In this document: in pieces, positions 13,930 through 26,529 of the stretch | Numbering within the stretch: the stretch's first letter is position 1 | How the letters are laid out: each line of letters starts with the position of its first letter | NCBI GenBank assembly: GCA_951406725.2 | Contig: OX597823.1 | Span: forward strand, 59,334,001 to 59,398,000 | DNA: 64,000 bases | Direction: 5' to 3' | From: Octopus vulgaris | Lineage: Eukaryota | Translations under genes and position numbers: made by a program | Notes under the pieces: model-generated | What the model saw: only the letters and a program-made list of their open reading frames with translations | Database searches by the model: none | Told to the model about the DNA's origin: nothing

Positions 13930-14353
13930 GTCTTAGTCATTTTGACTGTGGCCATGATGGAGCACCACCTTGAAAGGATTTTAGTTAATTGAATTGACCC
14001 CAGAGCTTATTATTTTCCTTTTAAAGCCTGGTACTTATTGAATTAGTTTCTTTTGCTGAACTACTTAGTTACAGAGCTATAAACAAACCAACACCAGCTG
14101 TTAAGTAGTGGTAGGGGACAAACACGGACACTAAAACACACACACTCACACACATGCACATACAAGTTCACACACATACACATACACATATATACAACTG
14201 GATTCCTTCAGTTTCTGTCTACTAAAAGCACTCTCAAGGCTTTGGTCAGCCTGAGGTTATAGTAGAAGACTCTTGTTCAGGGTGCCATGCAGTACGACTG
14301 AACTTGGAACCATGGGGTAAAAAAGTAAGCTTCTTACCACACAGTCACGCCTG
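13930..14353 (-). mobile_element. SINE family A, diverged
   Basis: Head, internal (CA)n and tail are colinear with 53146. A second head fragment lies at 13707-13857. Confidence 0.8.
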
Positions 14354-14368
14354 AAAATTTTGATGTAA

Positions 14369-14735
14369 CATGGAATACTATCTTGCAAAACCGATTTTTT
14401 CATTGATATCCATGTGGAACTGTGAAATACAAAACTTATTTTTCATTGACTTTCATGTGAAATCTCATATCATAAAGCCACTTTTCTATTGACATCTATG
14501 TGGAATTCCCATCATGGAAAATTGCATTTTCTCCATTTATTTTCATGTGGAATTCTGTAACAAAAAATTAATTTCCCAGTTGACACACATGAAGATTTCC
14601 ACAATACAAAATCTATTTTCTTAATGACTTTCATATAAATTTCCACAACACAAAATTGATTTTCCCATTGACTTGTAAGTTAAGTTCTGTAAAGAAAACT
14701 TAATTTTCCTATTGGCTTCCACATGGAATTCTGAA
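14369..14735. repeat. Degenerate minisatellite, ~43-bp unit, ~8-9 copies
   Basis: Recurrent catgtggaattc...caaaa.t.atttt.cattgac. Confidence 0.8.
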
Positions 14736-16617
14736 AAGTAACATGAATTATCTAATTCCAGCTCAACCAAGTCAACATTTTTGTTTACTGTTTGCATAAG
14801 TATAACTTCAAAAATTATTGGCCTATGAACAATCAAGTTAGTATTTGTAGCTGACAAAGCAGAACAATACAGAAATACATGTATCTAACAGTCTAATGGT
14901 ATTACCCACAACCTAAAAGAATATGTATTTACTCAAGTCTAGATGGAGAATTTTCTCTCAGACTATTCTCGTAGACTTAGGATTTCTCATGGTCAATTAC
15001 AAAAGAAAATGTTAAACACGACTTAACATGATTATAATTTCCCTTTGCTTTCATGTTCAATTCTGAAAATACAAAATATATTTTCCCATGACTTCGCTAT
15101 TATATATGTTATGTAAAGTCAAGGAGTAAAAAAGTGTTGCTATGTAATCTAATTCTACATTATAGCAAAATTTTCAGGAATGCAATGATTCTATAATTGC
15201 AGGAGATGTCTGTGGTAGGTATTAATAAGTAACATAATTTCACTAGTATAAAAAAAACAAGAAGCACTGTGGAATTGATGAGTAACATATTAGTTTGTCA
15301 TGTTTGGAAATAATTCCTTCTTTGTTAGACCATTGTCCAGTGTCTGTGTCCAAGGTTATTTTTGTACCTCAGCTTTTTAATACTGCAGAAACCAATAAGA
15401 TGATCCAAGGAATGTTTGAGGCTTGAGAAACAATTAACTTTAACCAAAGATATGAAAATTAAAGTCCAACATGATGGAATCTCAAGCGAGCAGCTTGCTT
15501 GCATGAGAATATGATTTTCTTGGTCAGCCAAAACAGTAAAATCATATCAGTTGTAGAGGCATAATAATCTCAATTATTATAAAGAATCTATCATTAGCTT
15601 TCTAATATGAGGAAACAAATTTTGATGCAGAGCCAGGAAATTTAGAAGCAGGACTAGTCACTTATATTTACTCCAGTGCTCAAATGGTACTTAATTTAGC
15701 GACCTCTGGAAGAATGAAAGGTAAAGGCAACCTTAGTGGAATTTGAAATCAGAATTCAAAGACAGACAAAATGCTGCAAAATGCAAACAGTTCTGCTTGC
15801 TCAGTGCCTTAAAAATCTAAGTAAATATTAAGTAAAAATTATTTTAGCATGGGACCACAGGGTACAGCATTTGTCTGAATTGGTAGCCACCTTCCTAGAC
15901 TACATACATAAGATGGGTTTCCTTTTAGTAACCATTTAAATTTTTTATTCTACCAATACTCATCCAATATGTTGGTTCCAATGAGTTTGTCTTTTCGTTA
16001 TTATTTATCATTTCCATAAGGCAGCAAGCTGACAGAATCATTAGCATGCTGGGTTAAATACTCAGTGGTATTTCATCTGTCTTTTTGTTTTGAGCTCGAA
16101 TTCCACCAAGGTCAAATTTGCCTTAGATCCTTTTGGTGGGTGGTTGATAAATTAAGTACCAGTTATACACTGGGGTCAATGTAAATGACTAACCCTCTCC
16201 CCCAAAATTTTGGGCCTTGTGCCTTTAGTAGAAAGGATTATACATTATTTTCATGGTTTTCTTTTTTTATTCCAGATTATTTTGGTTATCATACCTCATA
16301 AAAAGGTATTATTTCAAAGATAAACTCATACAGTTGGTAATGATGTGGCTCATGTTTTCAGTTTTCATTTGGCATAATCTGCAATGATTGTCCATTGAAT
16401 GTCCTTAATTTTTGGAAAAGGAACTTTTACAGGATTTTTTTTCTTGTATTGATGGGAATAACCAATCAAATGAGTTGCTTTCAATTTGTCATTTCATGTT
16501 TACTTTTTAAGTTAGTTTAGTACTAACATGTAGGCATGGAATGACCAAATAATTAAAGAGTTTAGTTTGCAACCACAAGGTCTTAGGTTCAATGTCACAT
16601 CATGGTATCTTGGACAA

Positions 16618-16697
16618 ATTAGCTATGTGTTATCCCGTTTCATGGCATCTTGGAAATTTGTCCAAGATGCCATGAAACGGGATAATACATAGCTAAT
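16618..16697. repeat. Near-perfect hairpin, 37-bp arms, 6-nt loop
   Basis: attagctatgtgttatcccgtttcatggcatcttgga-aatttg-tccaagatgccatgaaacgggataatacatagctaat. The single mismatch is G:U on the + strand. Confidence 0.95.
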
Positions 16698-16797
16698 GAA
16701 TGAAAGGGTGAAGATGGAAACTGTGGAGAAGCCCATCGAGTGAATTGTTCATGTAATTTCTGAACAAGACAGACTCTGATTCTGTCTTGGAATTACA

Positions 16798-17103
16798 TTA
16801 ATCCTTTAGTGTTCAGCTCATTCTGACAAATGTAATGCTTATTTATTCATATTATTTTGAATTAATCATGCCTTATCTTACTCTTTACTCTTTTACTTAT
16901 TTCAGTCATTTGACTGTGGCCATGCTGCAGCACCACCTTTAGTCAAGCAAATCGACCCCAGGACTTATTCTTTGTAAGCCTAGTACTTATTCTATCGGTC
17001 TCTTTTGCCGAACTGCTAAGTTACAGAGACGTAAACACACCAGCATCGGTTGTCAAGCAATGTTGGGGAGACAAACACAGACACACAAACATATACACAC
17101 ATA

Positions 17104-17157
<54 letters not shown>

Positions 17158-17471
17158 TACAATGGGCTTCTTTCAGTTTCTGTCTGCCAAATCCACTCAC
17201 AAGGCTTTGGTCGGCCCGAGGCTATAGTAGAAGACACTTGCCCAAGGTGCTACACAGTGGGACTGAACCTGGGACCATGTGGTTGGTATGCAAGCTACTT
17301 ACCGCACAACCACTCCTACGCCTTGTAGATTTGAAATTTCAATGATGTGATTGTTTAATTTTAGAAGGACATTGGTGGGTTGGTGTGAAATGCTGGATCT
17401 AGTTGGTTTGCTTGTAAAACAAGTAGAATATTTGCGCCAGATATAGCCGGATTAAATGCTAAAATGGTTAA
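16798..17471 (+). mobile_element. TTAA/piggyBac-like MITE (family E) split by a SINE A
   Basis: Ends ttaatcctttag and ctaaaatggttaa. Other copies at 50840-51042(+) and 23008-23190(-). Confidence 0.7.
16879..17322 (-). mobile_element. SINE family A, full length, nested in a MITE
   Basis: Complete head, (TA)n and tail. Interrupts the MITE sequence at ttatct|tgtag. Confidence 0.9.
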
Positions 17472-19013
17472 AGGTACAGATGACTGAGGATTTTCAATCA
17501 TTTACACATTAATTCAAGAGCAGATAATTCAGCTGATTAAAGAACCGAATCTTCATCGTTAAATATCAGAGATTCACCAATACTACTCAAGTCTGTGTTT
17601 TGGTTTTTTTCCATTCTAAGTAATCACATCCAATCTTCTCAATGAACAGATCTATTTTTGCACATACATTATATGAAATATAAATCAGTTCTGCTGTTAT
17701 ATATTATCGTTCATACTTTATTGAAAAACAATAATAAACCTCATTATAGAGATACAAGCTTGCAGAATAATATACAAATATCTTGTTTTTGCAACACACG
17801 GAGCAACTAGTAAATTAACTGAGTCTCAGTTTATTGTAAGGTTGCTGTTTAGTTTCAAAATAAAGTATTTCTATAAAGAAGATTCCACTAATATAAACAA
17901 ATCTATGTGCATAATGATATATGCATTAATAAAATAAGTTTAAGTAGGAGTTAACTTCAGAGAACAAACATAGATTATTCTGACTCACACCCTCCTCGCT
18001 TTAAATCAATTTCAGAAAGAAAAATGCAAATTAAATACGGCATGAGAGTGATTGTATTTATTTATTTATGTTTTTTATTTAATTTTTTTTTATTTTATTA
18101 TTATTTGCTCTCTGTGGTATGTGGGTGTGTGTTTGCTGTGTCTCGTTTTTAATTTTTCATATATTCATATGAAAGTACCATTTTCTGGAACAGCTATTGT
18201 CCCCTTCTGACAGTAATTTACAATGAATAAAGAGCACATATCATTAAGGAGACATAGATTTATATGTGCACCAGCTGAACTACACATTAAGAGGAAAAAA
18301 TTACATGACTGAAATTGTTAGGCCTGGCATATTTATTAGATTAAAGATTACATCCAATAGCTTTTGAAATTGAAAAATGTCCATTTAAGAGAAGACAATT
18401 TCGGTAATTTTCATCTCAATCTAAAGTGAAGACAAGATACAGAATAGATGCACTTGTCAGTATTTTCATATTTCTAATATGAAATAAATAAATACATAAA
18501 TATATAAATAAATGTATGAATTTATTACAATTGTAGTAATATTCAGCCCACTAAAACTTTATTTCCAACCAAGTTTTATATATATATAAAGTGAATTAGA
18601 TATTTTTAAGAAGGATATCATGTAAATACATTTACATCAATTCACTAACTTCAGCATTTCTGTCAACAGAAATCATATTAAAACCACAGTATAGCACAGT
18701 ATATTGCAAGATAAGTACTTTCACTATTTAAGCTTCTCTTAAGCCTGTCCACTTTTGTCATATTGGATAAGTCTTTTCTGCATGAACAAGCATAAATAAG
18801 TGAATAACGAATTTTTAGAGACTTTTCTCTGAGTTGGATGTCTAAGATCTGAAATAAATAAATCTTTCTTTAAAAATTCTATGCCAAACAACTGCACAGA
18901 AAGGATTAATATTTTGCTAAGTTTTAAATGAAAAATATTATTATCAGTAGAATATTTCAGATCATTAGATAATTTTATTGTTGTTATTATTTAAATGGTG
19001 TATATATATATAC

Positions 19014-19249
19014 AAGGTAGCGAGCTGGCAGAAACGTTAGCACGCCGGGCAAAATGCGTAGCCGTATTTCGTCTGCCATTACGTTCTGAATTCAAATTCC
19101 GCCAAGGTCGCCTTTGCCTTTCATCCTTTCGGGGTTGATAAATTAAGTACTAGTTACGCACTGTGGTCGATATAATTGACTTAATCCATTTGTCTGTCCT
19201 TGTTTGTCCTCTCTGTGTTTAGCCCCTTGTGGGTAGTAAAGAAATAGGT
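19014..19249 (+). mobile_element. SINE family B, well preserved
   Basis: aaggtagcgagctggcagaaacgttagcacgccgggc...ttcaaattccgcc...cctttcatcctttcggggttgataaattaagtac...agccccttgtgggtagtaaagaaatagg. CpGs retained. Confidence 0.9.
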
Positions 19250-19887
19250 ATAGATATATACCATATATTCATACAACTTGACTGTAGATACTGAGTAAAT
19301 TAATATATAGCAAAAGGTGTGGTATGTAGCTGAGAAAACAGACCATAATATCTAACTCAAGAGAGAGGATGAGTGGTGTAGAGGGAATGAGCATTGAGGA
19401 TATTAGAAACATCTGGTTCAGAGTTGCAATAATTGACTCAATGAAGCTCATGCTGTTGTGTGGGAGTTTTGTTCCTTACTCTGGTGGGTGTTCATCACTA
19501 TCTGATGAACCTTTGACTCTTACATTTGGAGATGGATAAAGTAGCATCCTCAGAACACAAATTTACCCCAAAATGTTTACCCTAAAATGTTGTTGGGCTG
19601 TGGTATGTATTGGTGAAGTACTTGCCTTTAGCATTCCTCTGATTGACAAACAATTGGAAAATAATACTATTAAATTATCATTGGAATTATAAACAATTAA
19701 TGGTGTTTGGAATTATGTTACATGACAGGTGCCAGTTAGTGTGACAAATATTTTTATCATTTTGTTCGCCACTGATACACAGTTTGAGCAGAAATCCCAA
19801 GACACTAAGAATAAAGAAAGTGACAATGATTAAACCAAGGAATTAATCCAGCATCCTAAAACTCAGCTGATTGATGGGCCAATGAGG

Positions 19888-20070
19888 TAACTTGATCTGC
19901 TGGAAATAACCAAGCATCCATATATTTACATCCCCACAATCTGAGAAATGGAAGGACATATTGAACAATGTGGTTACTGATACATAGAATTGTGGAATAG
20001 TCATGAATGGAATGGCTTTGAAGACCTGCTCAATCAGGGCTTACCTAGGGTTAAACATCAGTAATAACGA
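19888..20070 (+). mobile_element. Old dispersed retroposon 3' segment with an (AAC)-like tail
   Basis: ctgct.gaaata.ca...ggaatg.ctttga...ctgctc.atcagggct.acct.ggg.taaaca recurs at ~30180-30305, 39880-40050, 60250-60500 and inverted at ~38895-39050, 41450-41540, 56440-56640. Confidence 0.6.
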
Positions 20071-20264
20071 TTCTCACAGCTAACAAATTATCATCCTCAT
20101 CATTATCATTCTGTAGAAATTTCATGCTTAAACATTAAACAAGGTTAAATCATAAGATGGAGTTCACTCAGTTAATAGAACATCTTCCTGCAGTGAGCTG
20201 CACTTATAGTGTACCTGCTAATATCTTTGTAGACTGAGCCAGTTGGTAAGTGTTACCAGTTAGC

Positions 20265-20672
20265 AGGTGCAGGAGTGGCTGTGTGGCAAATAGTTTGCTT
20301 ACCAACCACATGGTTCCAGGTTCATTCCCACTGTGTGGCCCCTTGGGCAAGTGTCTTCTACTATAGCCTTAGGCCGACCAAAGCCTTGTGAGTGGATTTG
20401 GTAGACGGAACCTGAAAGAAGCCTGTCGTATATATGTATATATATATATGTGTGTGTGTGTATATATTTGTGCGTCTGTGTTTGTCCCCCCAACATCGCT
20501 TGACAACCGATGCTGGTGTGTTTACGTCCCCGTAACTTAGTGGTTCAGAAAAAAGAGACCAATAGAATAAATACTAGGCTTCCAAAGAATAAGTCCTAGG
20601 GTCGATTTGCCCGACTAAAGGCGGTGCTCCAGCATGGCCACAGTCAAATGACTGAAACAAGTAAAAGAGTTA
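20265..20672 (+). mobile_element. SINE family A, full length
   Basis: A-box tggctgtgtgg, B-box ggttcattccc, ccttgggcaagtgtctt core, internal (TA)(TG), tail gactgaaacaagtaaaagag. Confidence 0.9.
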
Positions 20673-21609
20673 AAAAATGCAATTTGCAGATCCTTCATCT
20701 CAGTATTACACAGTACCAAACATGATTATAAGTATGTATTGGCTGAATCATTGGAACATGGAACATATTGCTTTGGAATATTTGTGCAGCTCTGTATATT
20801 CTGTGTTCAAATCTTATTTAGGTCAACTTTTCCTTCAGAGGGTCAATAAAATATATTACCAGTTCAGTGTTGTAGATTGGCATTGGACACAGTACTTAAC
20901 TATGTTACTCCCATCTCTTTCTTTCTTTCTTCCTTTTTTCTTTCTTTGTTTCCTTTCCTTCCTTTTCCTTTCTTCCTTTTTCTCTCCTTGTAACTATAGG
21001 CATTGGCAATCATGGGACTCCTTGTCAAAGCCTGAATGATTAAGAAAGATACAGTAGTGGTTTACTGATGCCTTCTTTAGATTTATCTACAGTTTATTCA
21101 ACTAGTCTCCTACTTTCCTCAGCTAACTTTTGGAGCACAGAGCCTACTTAGTCCTTAGGCATGTCCACACTCTGGTGAGCCAAACACATGTCTAGGGCTC
21201 AGCATGTCCAGGACCAAACCTTCCTTCAAGCCCTCTGTACCTTAACCATAGGACCATCTTCTCCTAATTGATTAATAACTGGAGCCCTTCATGGGTACTA
21301 CCAATCCAGATCAAAGCAAAGTTAGGAATAGGTATGGATGGCCAAGTAGCTAAAACATGACAGCAGATGGGCATCCAGAAGTCATGACCTGAATGTGACC
21401 CAGCCCCTTTAAAGTGTAAGAAGTTAAGGGCCAAAACTCTCACCTGAGTGAGGTTTCTTCTCTGATAACCTTCTAATGTTTAGTTCTCTTGAGAGTTTCT
21501 AACTAGTGGTAATATATTTTCTCAGCCCCACAAGGATAAAGAGATAAATTTGACCCAAGCAGGATTTGAGCTCAAAATGTGACGAGGTATAGCTAAATAC
21601 TACAAAGTA

Positions 21610-22175
21610 TTGGGTTGTCCGGAAAGTTCGTGCTGATTTTTAAAGGAAAGGAAAAGGTCAATAAATACTTGCCATTACATTTTTAATCAACCAAATATGA
21701 ACCATTTTGTTGCACAATGCGTCTCCATCTTTTCTTTAACTTGAAAATGCCCTCTTCCTAGAATTGAGGTGGTTTCATAGCAAAGAATTCATCAAGGTAT
21801 CTTTTTATGTCATCCAAGGAATTGAAATTTTTACCATTAGCACTTTTCTGCAGAGACCTGAATAAGTGGAAATCTGAGGGAGCAATATCAGGTGAATATG
21901 GAGGGTGAGGTAACACATCCCAGCCTAGCTGCAGCAATTTTTGTCTGGTTCCCAAAGCATCAAGTGCCCAAAATGAACTTTCTTATCTTCCATTTTAAAG
22001 GGTTACAGAATTAAAACAGGTTATAGGAACATAAATATTCTTTCACGAAAAAATATCTTAAACTGTGCTCTAAATGGAGGTTTAGTCAAATCCTATTTTA
22101 TGGATTCAACCATGTTCTAAAATAAGTCAAAAGGTAAGCTACTTTAAATCGGCATGAACTTTCCGGACAACCTAA
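21610..22175 (-). mobile_element. Internally deleted mariner (566 bp), non-autonomous
   Basis: TA TSD, TIRs ttgggttgtccggaaagttcgtgc / gcatgaactttccggacaacctaa. Encodes LGWDVLPHPPYSPDIAPSDFHLFRSL. Splits an older SINE at aaagta|ttttgtccaac. Confidence 0.92.
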
Positions 22176-22798
22176 TATTTTGTCCAACACTCTCAACAAG
22201 AAAAATAATTTTAAAAACACTTATAAATATTTTAGATTGTGATTTCTATGGTTATAGTCAACACTATTTTGATGCGTTATTTCCTCTTTAAATATTTTTG
22301 TATTAAATAGTTATTTGTATTAAATATTTTTGGTGGTGGTGAAGAGATGCTGTTAGATCTCAGATATCAGATTGCTGAGGCCTCATGGATACAAACAACA
22401 AAACAGTGAGATGAATTACATCAACATGTTTGCATAACAAAATTGTTTCAAAAAAAAAAAAGTCATCAGAAAAAAAAAAAAATTATAATGTCAGTGATTA
22501 TAATAATTGCTATTGCTGTTGTAATAGTGTCAGTGATTGAAATGATAGTGAACGTGATGATGATAATGATGACGACAACGACGACAATGACGATGATGAT
22601 GATGATGATGATGATGATAAGTGCAGCATGAGCAAATTTCTGTCAATTTTAGTGTGATGTAGTTCTTTTTTTGTTTTTTTATCGGTGTAATGTAATTAAC
22701 CAATTAATTGGCTGATTGATTGATTCATTGATTATTTAAGTTATTTAAAATTCAAATAAATTTAGCTTTCAAATATTGATTTCTTATATTGATGGAAT

Positions 22799-23000
22799 AT
22801 AAGGCAGTGAATTTGATAGAGTGGCAGGTTAAATGATGTCACAGTGTAAGGCAGTGAAGTTGTTAGAGTTGTTGCTTAAATATCAAATATAAAGCAGTCA
22901 CATTAGTAGAGTAGTGATCTAAATGCCACAATTTAAGGCAGCGAAGTGACAAGAGTGGGTGTCTAAATGCTTCAATAGAAGATAGTAGAGCTGGTAGACT
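22799..23000. repeat. Degenerate minisatellite, ~43-47-bp unit, ~4-5 copies
   Basis: Recurrent taaggcagtgaa.t...agagt.g....taaat. Confidence 0.75.
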
Positions 23001-23189
23001 GCCAGTTTAATCCTTTACTATTTAAACTGGCCATATCCAGTCCAAATATTCTGTTTTATGTTCAAACCAATCAGATCCTGCCTCTCACACATACCTTACA
23101 ACGTTATCCTAAAAATAAACAATCGCATCATCAAAATCCTGAAGCTACGAGATACGAGATAACACATGATTATTTCAAAACAATATGAA

Positions 23190-23636
23190 TTACCAACCAC
23201 ATGGTTCTTGGTTCACTTCCACTGCATGGTACCTTGGGCGAGTGTCTTCTAGTTTAGCCTCAGGATGACCAAAGCCTTGTGAGTGGATTTGGTAGACAGA
23301 AACTGAAAGAACCCCATTGTATATATATATATATATATATATAATAATATCAGGAAGTATAATATATATATATATAATTATATATATATTACAGAGATGT
23401 ATTTGCATAGCGAGTGACTTGATCTGAGATCGTGTGCTGGAATGAAAACAATTGCAGCATGGAAGGTGTTTATAAGCCATTTAAGAAATACACAATTTAA
23501 ATTTAAATGTTGAAGTGAATCTAACGGTTTTGTGTGTTTCTTAAATGGCTTATAAACACCTTCCACGCTGGAATTGTTATATATATATTACATAATATAA
23601 CTATATATTATATATATACATGATAATATATATATA

Positions 23637-23673
<37 letters not shown>

Positions 23674-23890
23674 TATGTGTGTGTGTTTGTGTGCCTGTGT
23701 TTGTCCTCCCCAACATCACTTGACAACCAGTGCTGTTGTGTTCATGTCCCAATAACTTAGCAGTTCGGCAAAAGAGACCGATAGAATAAGTACTAGGCTT
23801 ATAAAGAATAAGTCCTGGGTTTGATTAGCTCGACTAAAGGTGGTGCTCCAGTATGGCCACAGTCAAATGACTGAAACAGGTAAAAGAATA
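23190..23890 (+). mobile_element. SINE family A with an insertion in its internal microsatellite
   Basis: Head 23190-23320, tail ~23680-23890, fold-back insert 23390-23580. A second SINE A follows at 23897-24290. Confidence 0.85.
23447..23578. repeat. Inverted repeat, 49-bp arms with a 34-nt spacer
   Basis: aacaattgcagcatggaaggtgtttataagccatttaagaaatacacaa versus ttgtgtgtttcttaaatggcttataaacaccttccacgctggaattgtt. Confidence 0.92.
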
Positions 23891-24320
23891 TATCATGGGC
23901 ACAGGTATGGCTGTATGGTAAGAAGCTTGCTTCCTGACCACATGGTTCTGGGTTCAGTCCCACTGTATGGCCCCTTGGGCGAGTGTCTTCTACTATGGCG
24001 TTGGGCTCACCAAAGCCTTGTGAGTGGATTTGGTAGACGGAAACTGAAAGAAACCCATCTTATATGCATATATGTGCTTGTATGCACCAGCGCGCGTGCG
24101 TGCGCGTGTGTGTGTGTGTGTCTGTGTTTGATTCCCATCACTGCTTGACAATCAGTGTTTGTTCAACAAAAGAGGCCAATAGAGTAATTACCAGGCTTTA
24201 ACGAAAAAGCAAAAAATGGGACTGGTTCTAATTAATTCAATTAATTAAATATTCTTCAAGGTGATGCCCCAACATAGCCATAAAAGTAAAAGATAAAACG
24301 TATAAGCATAAAACGTATAA

Positions 24321-24486
24321 GGGTTTCCTGTCCATAAAGGCATTAACTTTATGGTGCATCATCAGACCCCAAGACCTGTTGGCCTATGACTTCTTTAGAA
24401 TATGGACTACCCTATATTTTAGGCAAACAGGTCTTGGGAGTCTGACGATATGCCATTAAGTTAAACCCTTTATGGATGGGAAACCC
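24321..24486. repeat. Imperfect inverted repeat (~66-bp arms, 33-nt spacer), probable old MITE
   Basis: gggtttcctgtccataaagg...ccaagacctgttggccta versus taggcaaacaggtcttgg...cctttatggatgggaaaccc. Confidence 0.85.
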
Positions 24487-24913
24487 AGAGTAACCACATA
24501 AACTGGGCTTCACCAGGAAAAGATATAGGCTGTTCTGCTTATTTGAGTTGCTTCTTCTCCAGATTTATGCTTTTCTAAAAACAATATATAAACATATGAC
24601 AGCTTCTTCCAGTAGATACCAAATCCACTCAAAAGGCCTTGGTTAGCCCAGGGCTATAGTAGAAGACTCTTGCCCCAAATGCCATGCAGTGGGACTGAAA
24701 CTGAAACCATACGGTTGGGAAGCAAACTTATTAATACACAGCCACACCTGTGCCTTTGATATTTGCTTTTTTTTTTTTCGATTGGATACAAAACCTACTT
24801 CATTTTTAGAAAGAAGGAATCAAATAATTATATATTTTTGAAAGGTATGAAATATTTAAAGGGATGAACCAGGTAGAGTATTTGAACCTGATATGACAAG
24901 TTTAAATGTTCTA

Positions 24914-25340
24914 GGGTAGTAACTGTTGTTTGCTATTTACTTACCCCTAGAAAGTATGAAACATGACTAATATTTCCTTCAAACTTTGCTTTACGTACAT
25001 TTATTTAAACCCCAAAGTATCCCTTTCAACAGATGACTATGATGTGCCTCCACTATGCTTGCCCATAATCAGAGATACACATATCATCAGCCACTAAGGG
25101 ACATGTTCAAATGGTTAAGGTCAAGCAACTGACAAGCAAATCTGTGGTATTGAGCAGAATATATGCTATAATGATACTTCTGCTTCAGCAACTCAATGCT
25201 GAATCTGCCTCAAATGTAATGGAAAATAATTCAGTTTCAAAACATTGATGTCCAGTTTATAAAAGCAAAGTTTGAAGGGAATAATTGTCATTTCCTTTGA
25301 TTTCTAGATAGAAGCAAATAGGAAATAACATTTACTGACC
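24914..25340. mobile_element. Non-autonomous DNA transposon with ~75-bp degenerate TIRs
   Basis: atgactaatatttccttcaaactttgcttt (left) versus aaagcaaagtttgaagggaataattgtcat (right), extending outward to gctattt / aaatagg. Confidence 0.7.
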
Positions 25341-25738
25341 AAAGACAAAAAACAAAACAAAAGTATATTAATTTTGTTACACAGTGTTATTAAACGATAT
25401 CTCCTATAGCTCACCAATTCAACACAAGAAGATTAGTGAGAAAAGTACCTACCCTACTTTAAAAAAATTTTGTTTCAGCATTAGTAAGGTCATCAAACCA
25501 CAGAAATCTCATCCAAGAAGACTTCTCCAACCCATTACTAGCATGGAAAAAGCCGGCACAAATACAATGATGATGATGATGATAATGAGGAAGATGATGA
25601 TGATGATGATGATAATGAGGAAGATGATGATGATGATGATGATGATGTGATGATGATGTGATGTTGATGGTGGATCACATGCTGAAGTGATGCAAATTGT
25701 ACTGAGGGGAGTGAGAAAAAGAGAGAAGGTGAGAGAAT

Positions 25739-25773
<35 letters not shown>

Positions 25774-26084
25774 TGTGTGTGTGTGTGTGCATGTGTACCT
25801 TTAATATAAAATTAGTAATTATCAAACCACCTTTGTTAATATCAAGGCATGATACTAGAAGCAATAAGAGCATCAGGGAATAATGAACATGTGAGGGAGG
25901 GAAATGTTCATTCATAGCAGCTGAAGGTAATTAGTATTAGAATTAAAGGAAGAAAATAAATTCGCAATAGAGTAATCCCTGCATGTGTTCACTGAACCCA
26001 TTTAAAGAAATCGAATCAGATGTTCTGCTATAGGCAAGGGAAGTAGGTTTAGAAAAGCAAATAGCTGGTATGTGTGTGTGTGTG

Positions 26085-26498
26085 TGTGTGGAAAGGAGCT
26101 TGCTTCCCAATCACATGGTTCTGAGTTCAGTTCTACTGCACATTAGGCAAGTGGTGTCTTCCACTATATACTCTTGGGCCTACCAATGTCTTGTGAGTGG
26201 ATTTGGTAGATGGAAACTGAACGAAACCTGTCATATGTATGCATGTGTGTGTGTGTGTGCATGCACGTGTGTGTGCATGCACGTGTGTGTGTATGTCTTT
26301 GTGTCTGTGTTTATCTCTTACCACTGCTTGGTAATCGGTGTTGGTGTGTTTATGTCCTTCTAACTAAGCAGTTCAGCAAAAGAGACTTGTAGAATAAATA
26401 CAAGGCTTAAAATAAATACTGTGGTCAATTCATTCGATAAAACATTCTTCAAGGTAGTGCCCCAGCATGACCACAGTCTAATGACTGAAACAAGTAAA
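26085..26498 (+). mobile_element. SINE family A, diverged
   Basis: Colinear with 53146. Confidence 0.8.
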
Positions 26499-26529
26499 CG
26501 TCGAAATATATATGTGTGTGTGTGTGTGT

